Part shown: piece after piece, positions 1-9,638 of the stretch | How the letters are laid out: each line of letters opens with the position of its first letter | How positions within the stretch are numbered: the first letter of the stretch is position 1 | DNA from: an uncultured Chloroflexia bacterium | Lineage (GTDB): Bacteria > Chloroflexota > Anaerolineae > CG2-30-64-16 | Length of the DNA stretch: 64,000 bases | Reading direction: 5' to 3' | Assembly: GCA_963774265.1 (NCBI GenBank) | Contig: CAVZDU010000007.1 | Span: 224,001 to 288,000, forward strand | The notes under the pieces: model-generated | Database searches by the model: none | Seen by the model: only the letters and a program-made list of their open reading frames with translations | What the model was told of the DNA's origin: nothing | Position numbers and translations under genes: made by a program

Positions 1-2
1 AG

Positions 3-512
3 GTGGGCGACGATCTGGGGACGCAGAACGGCCCGCAGCTCTCGCCTCGCATGTATCGCCGGCTCGTCAAGCCGTATCAGCAGCAGGTGTGGCAGTTCAT
101 CAAGGCCCGCAGCGGCTTACCGGTGTTCCTGCACTGCTGCGGCGGCATCTATCCTCTCATCCCCGATCTGATCGAAGCCGGGCGTCGATATCCTGAATCC
201 GGTGCAGATATCCGCCCTCGGCATGGATCCCGTCGCGGCTCAAGGCACGAATTCGGCCGGGATCTGGTCTTCTGGGGCGGCGGCGCGGATACGCAGCACA
301 TCTTGCCCGAAGCGACGCCACAGCAGGTGGCCGATCACGTCCACCGGCAGATCGACATCCTGGCGCCGGGCGGTGGGTTTGTCTTCAACCAGGTTCACAA
401 CATTCAGGCCAACGTGCCGCCGGAGAACATCGTCGCCATGTTGGACGCGGCGCTGGACTACGGGGCTTACGATTCGATCCGGGGACGGACATTCGCAGGC
501 GAGGTCACATGA
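3..512 (+). CDS. Uroporphyrinogen decarboxylase/MtaA-CmuA family protein, 5' truncated by the window edge, with compensating indels near 180-240
   Basis: GDDLGTQNGPQLSP, FLHCCG, WGGGADTQHILP, GGGFVFNQVHNIQANVPPENI are typical URO-D-like motifs; the segment NPVQISALGMDP lies in another frame. Confidence 0.85.
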   Translation: MGDDLGTQNGPQLSPRMYRRLVKPYQQQVWQFIKARSGLPVFLHCCGGIYPLIPDLIEAGRRYPESGADIRPRHGSRRGSRHEFGRDLVFWGGGADTQHILPEATPQQVADHVHRQIDILAPGGGFVFNQVHNIQANVPPENIVAMLDAALDYGAYDSIRGRTFAGEVT

Positions 513-1334
513 AATTCGCACTTCAATCTTTTATCTACTGCAACTACTCCCTGCAGTACGCCATCCGCAGCCTGGGCCGGATGGGTTATGATGGGATCGC
601 CGTGTGGGGCGGCCGGCCGCACATGTACCGGCAGGACCTGCACGCACAACTGGCGCGAGATTCGCGACCTGCTTGCCGAGTATCGTATGGAGGTCTGCCA
701 CGTCGTCCCGGCCCAGTTCCGTTATCCGTCGCTCCTGGCTTCCTCCAACGAGAAGGTTCGTCGCGATAGCGTTCGCTACATCATGGATAATGCGGATAAC
801 GCACTTTTGCTCGGCGCGCCCTCGGTGCATGTGTGTGCGGGTTTCAGCCTGTTCGACGAGCCCCTGGAGCGGGGCTGGGAGTGCCTGCGACGGAGCATCA
901 TCGAGATCCTGGAGTACATGCGCGGCACGGGACTGCGGCTCTACATCGAGCCTGCTCACCGCTTCGAATCCAACCAGATTCTGACCCTCGACGATGGCTT
1001 GCGGATGGTCCGCGAGATCGGTGATGCGCAGCTCGGCATCCTGCTGGACACCGGACATCTGCATGTCAACGGCGAGGACCTCGCAGAGGGTGTTGCGAAG
1101 CTGGGACCCTTGTTGGGGCATGTCGACCTGGATGACAACGATGGCTCAGCCGATGCCCACCTGACCCCCGGCGCAGGATCGATCGACTTCACACCATTCA
1201 TCGCCGAGCTCAAGCGCGCCGGCTACTCGGGCTACGTGGCGGCTGAGCTCGGCATGCAATACGTTCTTGACCCTGAACCCATCGCCGCCGCCAGCCTGGC
1301 ATGGATGCGGAAGGCCTTCGCAGATCGAGAATGA
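509..1334 (+). CDS. Sugar-phosphate isomerase/epimerase TIM barrel (FrlC fructoselysine 3-epimerase-like), frameshift near 650
   Basis: ATGA overlap with the upstream stop; GYDGIAVWGGRPH, IEPAHRFESN, LLDTGH, HVDLDDNDG..HLTPGAGSIDF, AELG. Confidence 0.8.
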
Positions 1335-1338
1335 CCCC

Positions 1339-2409
1339 TCAGGCCCCATGCCGTCGATAACGCTCCACGACCTCGTACACGGCAAACAGGTTGTCATCGG
1401 GCGTGCCGTAATCCATGTTGATGCAGCAGACGCCGGCCTTGTCGAGCGGCCCTGCGGCCAGCAACAGGTTTTCGACATCCCCGGCTATCTCTGCAGGCCT
1501 GCCTTGCAACATGCGAATCGGGCTCAGCCGCAGGTTCAGGAATGCGTCCGGCAGCGCCCTGCGGCACGCAGCGAGGTCGGAGCCCCAGCCGACGTCGTAA
1601 AACACGGAGCCGGTTTGGGCATATGCAGGGGCCACCCGGTGCATGTTGTTGCCGCAGTGGTGGATGCCAAACGGTTGGATCCGCTCGGCCATCCGTTTCT
1701 CAATGGGCAGGTGCAGGCTGCGGTAGCTGCTCGGGGAAATCATCTGCACTGAACAATTGGCATGGATGAAGAGCTGCGGATTGACGCGTTCAGCCATGCG
1801 GTTGACAGCGATCGAGCAACTGCCGGTGCGCCCTCGCACGTAGGAGGCGACGTCGACGATGAGATCGGCGATCACCTCCAGGACGCGCCGCACGCGCTCG
1901 GGTGCATCGTAGAAGTCCGCAAAAAGATCCTGGCCGTAGAAGTGATACGCGGCATTCAGGACGCCGTCTGTGTTCAGGTCGCCGATAAGATAGCCGTACT
2001 GCGCTTCCTGCTCGTCCCAGCTTGTAATGAGTTCGGTCATGGGTGACGTGGTCAGGACGTCCGGCTTCTCCAGTGCGTCGATCTGCTCTGCGGTCAGCTT
2101 GATCGGGAGCGGTTGGGGTGCCGCGTCCGGCGCGAACGCCACATCAGAACCCAGCAGCGCGGGGATGACGAATCCCCCCGCCACATGCAGGGAGCCCGCG
2201 ACCGGCCGCGGCTGTGGATCCTTCTGCCCCAGTCCGATGTCACCATAGCGCTCGTGGAGCACACGACGCATGATCACATCATTCTCTACGCGGGTCGGCC
2301 CGTCGAAATAGAAAGGCCGGTCGAAGGAGATGCCGCAGGTGTGATACCACCAGCTCGGATTGAAAACGAATTCGAGGGGCAGAAAGTCCCCCCTTGTGCC
2401 GTCAGCCAT
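1339..2409 (-). CDS. Uroporphyrinogen decarboxylase-family (methyltransferase-like) protein
   Basis: GVLNAAYHFYGQDLFADFYDAPE, HANCSVQMISP, GIHHCG, CINMDYGTPDDN. Confidence 0.7.
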   Translation of the reverse strand: MADGTRGDFLPLEFVFNPSWWYHTCGISFDRPFYFDGPTRVENDVIMRRVLHERYGDIGLGQKDPQPRPVAGSLHVAGGFVIPALLGSDVAFAPDAAPQPLPIKLTAEQIDALEKPDVLTTSPMTELITSWDEQEAQYGYLIGDLNTDGVLNAAYHFYGQDLFADFYDAPERVRRVLEVIADLIVDVASYVRGRTGSCSIAVNRMAERVNPQLFIHANCSVQMISPSSYRSLHLPIEKRMAERIQPFGIHHCGNNMHRVAPAYAQTGSVFYDVGWGSDLAACRRALPDAFLNLRLSPIRMLQGRPAEIAGDVENLLLAAGPLDKAGVCCINMDYGTPDDNLFAVYEVVERYRRHGA

Positions 2410-2430
2410 CAAACCCTCGCTCGTCCCGTG

Positions 2431-2862
2431 TCATTTGGATTGCTTGACGCTGGCATAGTCCCAGCCGTTGGCGGCGCAGTTGCCTCGAACGTGATCGTCC
2501 CAGGTGGGCTCATCGGCGGGCCGGGCGCCGGGAAACGCGTCAATGCTCAAGTAGCGCACAGGCACTTCGCCGTCATTGAGGATCAAGTGCAGCGTGTCCG
2601 GCGGGATGCGTACTACATCACCCGGCTTCACACGGAAGCGCTCGGCCATTTCAGGTCCGATGCGAAGCTCAGCTTCGCCCTGGATCATGTAGAAAACTTG
2701 CTCGGTGTCAGGATGTTTGTGGAGCGGCGGCGCTTCACCGGGCTCAAGCACCACGATGAAGACCTCGGTGACCGTCGACTCCGACCGGTCCAGGACAAGT
2801 TCGTTTACGTGGGTTGGAAAGCGGTAACGTGTTGTGTCGGTGGTGCTGAAGACGTATCTCAT
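2431..2862 (-). CDS. Cupin domain protein
   Basis: PLHKHPDTEQVFYMIQG...VKPGDVVRIPPDTLH cupin motifs; GGAGGAG RBS. Confidence 0.85.
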   Translation of the reverse strand: MRYVFSTTDTTRYRFPTHVNELVLDRSESTVTEVFIVVLEPGEAPPLHKHPDTEQVFYMIQGEAELRIGPEMAERFRVKPGDVVRIPPDTLHLILNDGEVPVRYLSIDAFPGARPADEPTWDDHVRGNCAANGWDYASVKQSK

Positions 2863-2880
2863 GATTCTCCTCCCTCAGGA

Positions 2881-3879
2881 TTAGGCTGGACTCGGCTGGA
2901 CCGGTTCAGGCGCCGGACCACGCGCCCAGAGCGCGGCCAGGAGGCCGCCGGTGACGATCAGCCCGCCGCCCAGGAACTGGATCGGCGCGAGGCGCTCGTG
3001 GAGAAACAGTGCGCCTAACGCCACGCCAAACACAGGCAGCATATTATAGAACGCCATCGCGCCCGCGGGTCCAACCCGGCGCACCCCTTCATTCCACGCC
3101 AGATTTCCCAGGCAGGTCGCAAACACGCCGATATAAAGGATGGCCAGCACCACAGTGACCGTGATCGTGGGCGGCATCTGGCGCCACTCCAGGGCCGCCG
3201 CGGGCACGAGCAACGGTAGCGCAAACCACGTGGAGAACGTCGTGGCCCAGATGGCCGCACGATTGCGGGTGACGACCCGGCTCATCACGGAGTACAGTCC
3301 CCACATGATCACGTTCACCACCATGATCACGTCGCCAATGACCCGGGCGCGCCACTCCGGGGTGAAGCCGCCTGCCGCGCTGCTCTCCTTACCCCCGATC
3401 ACCAACAGGACGCCGAACAGCGAGAGGATCGCGCCGACAAGCTCACCGCGCGACAGGCGGGTGCGCAGGAGCCAGGCCGCCAGAAACGCGGTGATCAGCG
3501 GTCCTGAGCCATTGATCATGGAGGTGCTGCTGGCCGTGGTATAGTGCAGCGCGAGGTAGAGTGTTACAGGACACCCCACGATCCCGAGCAGCGCCATCCC
3601 CAACAGCCAGGGCCACTCAGAGCCAGCGGTCCCCCGTGGGCGGCCGAGACGGCGCTCGGGGAGCGGCAGGCGGAGCAGCAAGGGCAAGTACACGAGCGAG
3701 GCGACGGCCACCCGTCCCGCAGCCAGGGTGAACGGGCCGACCTGATTGCGTAGTGCGCGACCCAAGACCATATTCCCGGCCCAGAAGAGCGCGGCCAGGA
3801 TGACGAGGACGTAGGCCCAGCGCGCGTCATGGCGCCAATCTGACGTCGCGATGCGGGATACGGGATCGTCTCGGGTCAT
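2881..3879 (-). CDS. DMT/EamA family transporter
   Basis: About 10 hydrophobic helices; LFWAGN, WNEGVRRVGP, MLPVFG..LFLHERL. Confidence 0.9.
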   Translation of the reverse strand: MTRDDPVSRIATSDWRHDARWAYVLVILAALFWAGNMVLGRALRNQVGPFTLAAGRVAVASLVYLPLLLRLPLPERRLGRPRGTAGSEWPWLLGMALLGIVGCPVTLYLALHYTTASSTSMINGSGPLITAFLAAWLLRTRLSRGELVGAILSLFGVLLVIGGKESSAAGGFTPEWRARVIGDVIMVVNVIMWGLYSVMSRVVTRNRAAIWATTFSTWFALPLLVPAAALEWRQMPPTITVTVVLAILYIGVFATCLGNLAWNEGVRRVGPAGAMAFYNMLPVFGVALGALFLHERLAPIQFLGGGLIVTGGLLAALWARGPAPEPVQPSPA

Positions 3880-4009
3880 GGGATCTCAATTCGGGCGCAG
3901 GATGAGAACGCGTTTCACGATGTGCGTGGTTGCGGATTCTATCACATTTCTTCGTCTACCCGAATATCGCCATACCTTTTCGAAACCCCTTGTTGCACAT
4001 TCCCCCGGG

Positions 4010-4018
4010 TGCTATACT
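4010..4018 (+). promoter_or_regulatory. Extended -10 promoter element (TGcTATACT)
   Basis: Lies upstream of a GGAGGAG RBS and the TTG start at 4054; a divergent TGaTAGAAT near 3936-3945 would serve the DMT gene. Confidence 0.5.
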
Positions 4019-4053
4019 CTCGTGTATCAACCCACCGCGGCGGAGGAGAACTT

Positions 4054-4479
4054 TTGATCGCTTTAGAGACAGCGTGGAAGCTGAAGCGTGCTGGCCTAAC
4101 CTGGGAGCCTGGGGAGGGCGATCGCTTTGCCTTGCCCGATCGGGGAATGGATGACCGTGTGTTTGTCATCAACGATATGCCGGCGATGATCGAGCGGATC
4201 CACGGCGCAGAGATGGTGACCTTCCACGGCATGCCTGAGTGGGCGCTGGACTACGTCTACCTGCGTGAGGTGGTGTGGCTGCCGGAGGAAGGGCAACTTC
4301 GCGACCAACTCGGGGTACGGCTGGCGGCGGAGGGCACGGACGTATACGATCTGCTCTACGCAGATGGCGTGTACACCTGCCGGTTCGTGTGGCGGGACGC
4401 GGCGCTGGCTTTTACCGGTGGCGACGCGGTAGATGCCTATGCTGCGGCGCTGCTGCACGTGCTGCTGGGGGAGGCGTAG
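4054..4479 (+). CDS. Conserved hypothetical protein
   Basis: TTG start after GGAGGAG; AGLTWEPGEGDRF...FHGMPEWALDYV...WLPEEGQLR resembles a small actinobacterial/chloroflexal family of unknown function. Confidence 0.7.
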   Translation: MIALETAWKLKRAGLTWEPGEGDRFALPDRGMDDRVFVINDMPAMIERIHGAEMVTFHGMPEWALDYVYLREVVWLPEEGQLRDQLGVRLAAEGTDVYDLLYADGVYTCRFVWRDAALAFTGGDAVDAYAAALLHVLLGEA

Positions 4480-4557
4480 CCCAGCCCCGCTGCGCCCATG
4501 CCAAACAGCATGTAGAATCACTGGCCATCCACTTTTCAGCGACTTCCCCGGAATTCC

Positions 4558-4622
4558 TTTACCTATTCTTAACCTCACGACTGCACAGTCTTCACCTACA
4601 GATTGCCTCTTGGTTGCATAAT
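4558..4622 (+). promoter_or_regulatory. Putative OmpR/PhoB-type direct-repeat box plus -10 element
   Basis: TTTACCT (4558), TTAACCT (4569), TTCACCT (4591) in 11-bp phase; CATAAT at 4617-4622; upstream of an operon ending in an OmpR regulator. Confidence 0.55.
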
Positions 4623-4673
4623 CTATTCGTAACTGAGCGCCCGCTCTTTCGGGCACCATCGGGAGGCACGAGT

Positions 4674-5069
4674 ATGAAGAAACCGACCAACCGCAAAGCC
4701 TTGATCGTTTCGGCTGTGTTGACGGCCCTGATCCTGGTTCTGGGGGGCACCGCGGTCTTCGCATGGGATCGCATTTCGGGGTCCAGCGCGACGAGGACCA
4801 ATGCCGCTGTGGATCCATCAGCATCTCTACCGGCGGCGTCAGCGCTCGCCGTCGACGGCCAGGCGCTCACGCTCGAACAGGCAAAGGCGGAGATCGCGGC
4901 CTACCAGACGCAACTCGAACAGGCCACCCAGGCGTTGAACGACGCGTACGCCCAGATCAACGCGCTGCAGGCGACGCAGAATCAGCCGGGTCGGGGCCAG
5001 TTCTTCGGTGAAGATGAGGGCCGCGAACACGAACGCGTCTTCATCTTCCAGGGAGACGGCAATGGCTGA
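4674..5069 (+). CDS. Small secreted coiled-coil protein
   Basis: GGAGG RBS; Sec signal MKKPTNRKALIVSAVL...TAVFA; Q/A-rich coiled coil; DRISGSS just after the predicted cleavage site. Confidence 0.75.
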   Translation: MKKPTNRKALIVSAVLTALILVLGGTAVFAWDRISGSSATRTNAAVDPSASLPAASALAVDGQALTLEQAKAEIAAYQTQLEQATQALNDAYAQINALQATQNQPGRGQFFGEDEGREHERVFIFQGDGNG

Positions 5070-5382
5070 GCCGGCACGCACGCCAACCGCCGGTCGATCG
5101 CCCCGGCGTTCGGCGACCGCAAGCGCGGCCTGGAAGAGCGGCCTTCTGGCCACCGGCATCGGCGTCGTACTTCTGGGCTGGACGCTGTTGGCCAAGGCTG
5201 AGGGCCCAGCGAACTCCGCAGCTCTCGCGCAGTCGCGGTCGAGCGTGTTGATCAGCCAGGCGCCGGCGAACAGCCTGAGCAGACAGCTCAGTCGGCAATC
5301 GGGCGCCTCCGGGTTCACAATGCCGTCTCTTCCGCAGGCGCCAGCCTTTCGGCGGCCTATCACTCGATCACGGGGCTCGTGA
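5062..5382 (+). CDS. Small membrane-anchored protein ending PITRSRGS
   Basis: One TM helix (GLLATGIGVVLLGWTLLA), low-complexity tail containing SGAS; overlaps the upstream stop. Confidence 0.7.
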   Translation: MAEPARTPTAGRSPRRSATASAAWKSGLLATGIGVVLLGWTLLAKAEGPANSAALAQSRSSVLISQAPANSLSRQLSRQSGASGFTMPSLPQAPAFRRPITRSRGS

Positions 5383-5383
5383 C

Positions 5384-6316
5384 GTGATCGAGCTGCACGA
5401 GCACCACTTCCGGGTAATGAACACCCAAATCTCGGCCTGGATGTGGCTGGATGGGCCCGTGGCTTCGATCTGGCTGAACGAAGCCGAAGCCTTCTTTCGA
5501 GAGATCGAGACGGAACTGAGCCGCTTCCGTCCCGAGTCTGGGTTGAGTCGGCTCAACGCGACGGCCGGAGATGGCCCCCAGGCTGTCTCCGGCACGCTCT
5601 GCACCGTGCTGGACCTGGCACTGGCTGCGGCCCGCGACAGCGGCGGCGTTTTCGACCCGACCGTGCTGCCCGCGCTGCGCAGTGCGGGCTACGATCGCAG
5701 CTTCGAGACCCTGGCCGCCAACATCGGGCCAGCGGTCGACACGAACACCGGCACATCGCCTGGCTGGCAACATGTGAGACTCGATGGGGCACTTGGCGAG
5801 GTCGAGCTGCCGGCTGGCATGGGGATTGACCTGGGCGGGATCGCCAAGGGCTGGACCGTGGACCGGGCCGCCGAGATGCTGGGCGCCTGGGGTGCAGCGC
5901 TCGTGGACGCAGGGGGTGACATCCGGGCCAGCGCGGCGCCCGGTGGTGAACCGTGGCCCATCGCGATCGAAGATCCATTCGACAACACCCACGACCTGGG
6001 CGTGATCCGGCTTGCGGATGGCGCTGTGGCCACCAGCAGCGTCGCGCGCCGGCGCTGGCAGCGCGATGGCAAGATGATGCACCACCTGATCGACCCGCGC
6101 ACCGGCAATCCGAGCGCCAGCGACCTGCTCGCCGTCACCGTGACAGCATCCACGACCGTGGAGGCCGAGGTGGCCGCAAAGGTCGCTTTGATTCTGGGCA
6201 GCCGCGAGGGCCGGGTCTATCTGGAGGACCGCGGGCTGTCCGGCCTGTTGGTGGGCCGCGATGGTCGGCAGCAGCTGGCAGGCAAGCTGATGATCGAGCA
6301 AATGGCGGAGGTATGA
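5384..6316 (+). CDS. apbE: FAD:protein FMN transferase (ApbE family)
   Basis: LSRFRPESGLSRLN, FDPTV, DLGGIAKGW, DAGGD, VATS, HHLIDPRTG. Confidence 0.95.
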   Translation: MIELHEHHFRVMNTQISAWMWLDGPVASIWLNEAEAFFREIETELSRFRPESGLSRLNATAGDGPQAVSGTLCTVLDLALAAARDSGGVFDPTVLPALRSAGYDRSFETLAANIGPAVDTNTGTSPGWQHVRLDGALGEVELPAGMGIDLGGIAKGWTVDRAAEMLGAWGAALVDAGGDIRASAAPGGEPWPIAIEDPFDNTHDLGVIRLADGAVATSSVARRRWQRDGKMMHHLIDPRTGNPSASDLLAVTVTASTTVEAEVAAKVALILGSREGRVYLEDRGLSGLLVGRDGRQQLAGKLMIEQMAEV

Positions 6317-6317
6317 T

Positions 6318-7076
6318 ATGAACCCGCAAAAACCTGCTGTCGGGCGCTCTGCTGTGGCCGTGCCGGACCGGCCAGTGCAGGCCGACCCCCGCGTGCATGC
6401 GGAACAAGCGGATTTGAACGACAGGGAAAGCATGTGGGGCACGATTCTGGGCGGGTTGATCGGCGTGGGACTGGCCGTCGCTGGGTTCGTGCTGGGCGTG
6501 GGGATCACCGGCTTGGCGGGGCAGACACGTTCGTTTTGGTATCTGAGCCGTTCGGCTGGTTTCGTGGCTTATCTGTTGCTGTGGGGCTCCATGGTGTGGG
6601 GGTTGTTGCTCAGCTCCAAAGTCGGGCAGGGCCGGCTGCGACCGCCTGCGCTGCTGGACGCACATGAATTCCTGAGCAATGTGTCGCTGGGTTTTGCTTT
6701 CTTCCACAGCCTGGTGCTGATGGGCGACCGCTACTTGAGCTTTCCACTGCAGGCGATCCTGGTTCCGTTTGCCAGCACATACGAGCCGGTCCTGGTTGCA
6801 GCAGGCCAGTTGGGGCTGTGGTTCTCGCTGTTCGTCAGCCTGAGCTTCCTTGTGCGCAAGCGAATCGGCCAGCGCCGCTGGCGCCAGCTCCATATGGTGA
6901 GCTTCGTGGCCTACTGGATCGTCCTGCTTCATGCGATCGTGCTCGGCACCGATACCCCATTGCTGGTCGTCAAGCTGTTTTACCTGGTCACGGCTGCGCC
7001 GGTGATCTTCCTGACCTTTTTCCGGATTTTCGGGGCACGACGCGGCGCACCAAGGGCGGCGGCTGTGGTAAGATAG
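6318..7076 (+). CDS. Ferric reductase-like transmembrane protein (MsrQ-like)
   Basis: WYLSRSAGFVAY; heme-ligand-type His in AHEFL, FFHS, QLHMVSF and LLHA; WRQLH motif. Confidence 0.85.
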   Translation: MNPQKPAVGRSAVAVPDRPVQADPRVHAEQADLNDRESMWGTILGGLIGVGLAVAGFVLGVGITGLAGQTRSFWYLSRSAGFVAYLLLWGSMVWGLLLSSKVGQGRLRPPALLDAHEFLSNVSLGFAFFHSLVLMGDRYLSFPLQAILVPFASTYEPVLVAAGQLGLWFSLFVSLSFLVRKRIGQRRWRQLHMVSFVAYWIVLLHAIVLGTDTPLLVVKLFYLVTAAPVIFLTFFRIFGARRGAPRAAAVVR

Positions 7077-7080
7077 GGGC

Positions 7081-7881
7081 ATGCCACAAGAGACGATTCT
7101 GCTCGCAGATGACGACGAGATGATCGTGGACGTGCTCCGCTACCGATTGGAGGCGGAGGGCTACACGGTTATCGTCGCGCGTGACGGCGAAGAAGCGTTG
7201 CATCTGGCCCTCAGCGCGAACCCGGACCTGGTGTTGCTGGATGTGATGATGCCGCGGTTGCAAGGCTGGGAGGTGTGTCGCCAGCTGCGACACACAAGCA
7301 CAGTGCCGATCTTGATGCTAACCGCGCGCGGGGAAGAGATGGACCGCGTGCTGGGCCTGGAATTGGGTGCGGACGACTACATCGTCAAACCGTTCAGCTT
7401 TCGAGAACTGCTGGCTCGCATCCACGCCCATCTACGCCGTATGACCCGGCTGGCGCCTGCCGGGCCGGCGCCGCAAGAAGAGGATGACCGCGTCACGCTC
7501 CACGACATCAGTATCGACCGCCGGCGGCATATCGTCACGCGTGCCGCCCAGCCGATCACTCTCTCTCCGCGGGAATATGACCTCCTGTTGGCCTTATTGG
7601 ATGCCAAGGGCGCGGTTATCGAGCGCGGCGACTTGCTGGATCAGGTCTGGGGCGAAGGATGGTTCGGCAACCCGCGCACGCTGGACGTGCACATCCGATG
7701 GTTGCGCGAAAAACTGGAAGCCGATCCCGCCAGCCCGCGGCTGATCCTCACGGTGCGCGGGTCAGGCTATCGCCTGGTCACACCGGATGAGCTGCGAGCG
7801 GGCTTCGCGCCGGCCCAGGGCGGTCGCAACTCCACCACAGGGGGTGGGGCCGGCGGAGCAGGACTGCCCGATGGATGTTAA
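7081..7881 (+). CDS. OmpR/PhoB family response regulator
   Basis: LADDDE, LLDVMMP, GADDYIVKPF, RTLDVHIRWLREK, TVRGSGY. Confidence 0.95.
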   Translation: MPQETILLADDDEMIVDVLRYRLEAEGYTVIVARDGEEALHLALSANPDLVLLDVMMPRLQGWEVCRQLRHTSTVPILMLTARGEEMDRVLGLELGADDYIVKPFSFRELLARIHAHLRRMTRLAPAGPAPQEEDDRVTLHDISIDRRRHIVTRAAQPITLSPREYDLLLALLDAKGAVIERGDLLDQVWGEGWFGNPRTLDVHIRWLREKLEADPASPRLILTVRGSGYRLVTPDELRAGFAPAQGGRNSTTGGGAGGAGLPDGC

Positions 7882-9488
7882 TGACACGCCAACCGCGGCC
7901 CAGTCGGCAACTCGTTGGCCGTGGCAGCGCAGCCTGCAAGTCAGGATCCTGCTGACGTATGGTAGCGTTTTTGTGGTGATCCTGGCCTTGCTGATGTTGG
8001 TGATCGGCCGTGTGGTTTACCAGGCGCAGCTGACGACCGCCGAGAGTGCGCTGGAACTCCAGGCATATCTTGCGGCTAACGCGCTCCAGGATCCACTCAG
8101 CGGGTATGTCAGCGAATTCGATGCTTATGCAGTCTGGGAGCGCGAACATGGGCAGGCCCGCCCGATCCCGCCGGGCGAGGAAGGTTCAGAGGATCACGGG
8201 ACGGCAACTCTTACGCAGGTACCCGCGCGATTGCAGCAGGTGGCCGACACCTATGCCGCGGACACCGATGCCCGGGTCACGATCCTGGATCCCCTCGGCA
8301 GCGTGGTGGCCGATAGTGCGACTGCGTTCGACGCAGTCCCCAACCAGTTGAACCAGGCCGAAGTGCAAGCCGCGTTGAGTGGGCTGGCACAACGTTCGGT
8401 GCGCAACGATCCGGCCACCGGCGCAGCGACCCTCTATGTCGCGGCGCCCATCCACCTGGGTGATCGCCTCCTGGGCATGGTGCAGATGTCACGACCGATG
8501 GAGCGGGTCATCGCACGCACGCGTCCGCTCCTGCTGAGCCTCGCCGCGCTCGGCAGTCTGGCGCTGCTGGTGGCGACCGGGTTGGCAGTTGGGCTGGCGC
8601 GGCGGCTGGTGCAGCCGGTGCGTGCGCTGGAACGCGCCGCGCTCGCTATCGCCAGCGGCGATCTGAGCCAGCGTGTGCCGGCGGACACGGCAGATGAATT
8701 GGGCGCGCTGGCGCGGGCGTTCAACATCATGGTTGGGGCGCTTCATCGCACCCTGGAGCAGCAACGCCTGTTCGTTGCCAACGCCAGCCACGAGCTGCGC
8801 ACCCCTGTGACCAACATCAAGCTGCGCAGTGAGGCATTGTTGGGCCCGGCAGGTCAGCGATCCGACCGTCGCACAGCGCTACCTGTCCGAGATCGACAGT
8901 GAGGCGGACCGGTTAGGCCGCCTCGCCAGCGCATTGCTGGATTTGTCTAGCCTGGACGAGGCCGGTCTGCGGCCCGCACCCTCTCCGGTGGACATTCTGC
9001 CCACGGTGCGCTCGGTGGCCGATGCGATGCAGATGCGTGCGTCACACGCGGGGTTGACACTGGCGACAGACCTTCCGGATCAGCTTCCGCTGCTGAGCGT
9101 CACGCTCGAAGAGGTGGAAGCGATCCTGGTCAACCTGCTGGATAACGCCATCAAGTACACCCCTGCGCCCGGCGAGATTCGCCTCTCCGGCCACGCGAGG
9201 CCAGGGCAATGCCTGCTCTGCGTGCAAGACACCGGGCCGGGCATCCCGCCGGCAGACCAATCGCAGGTCTTCGAGCGTTTCTATCGGGTCGACAAAGCCC
9301 GCAGCCGGAGCGCCAGCCGGCTCGGCGCGGGCAGCGGGGCCGGGTTGGGCCTCTCGATTGTCAAGGCGTTGGTCGAGCAGAACGGCGGGACCATCCGTGT
9401 TGACAGCACGGCCGGTGCGGGCGCGCGGTTCGAGATCGCTTTCCCGGTGGCCGATCGGACGGTGCAGATGGGCCTTGGATTTGAGTGA
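7871..9488 (+). CDS. HAMP-domain sensor histidine kinase, frameshift near 8850
   Basis: Two TM helices, HAMP (DELGALARAFN), ASHELRTP, NLLDNAIKY, DTGPGIP, FYRVDKAR, GLGLSIV. Confidence 0.92.
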
Positions 9489-9638
9489 GACGAACACGCA
9501 GTCCTGCGCCTTCGGATTGAGCGGGCCGGACAGCAGAGGGCTGCCGGCCATGCGATGCGCAACTATTGTATCACCGATGAGCCATCCACGAACGCCGTAT
9601 TTCTATATCTTAGTTTTTCGTCTTGTGACATACGTCAG

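Noticed and set aside
4054-4479. Pilus-assembly (CpaE) label that I recall for similar proteins
   Set aside because: There is no receiver or ATPase motif and there are no pilus genes nearby
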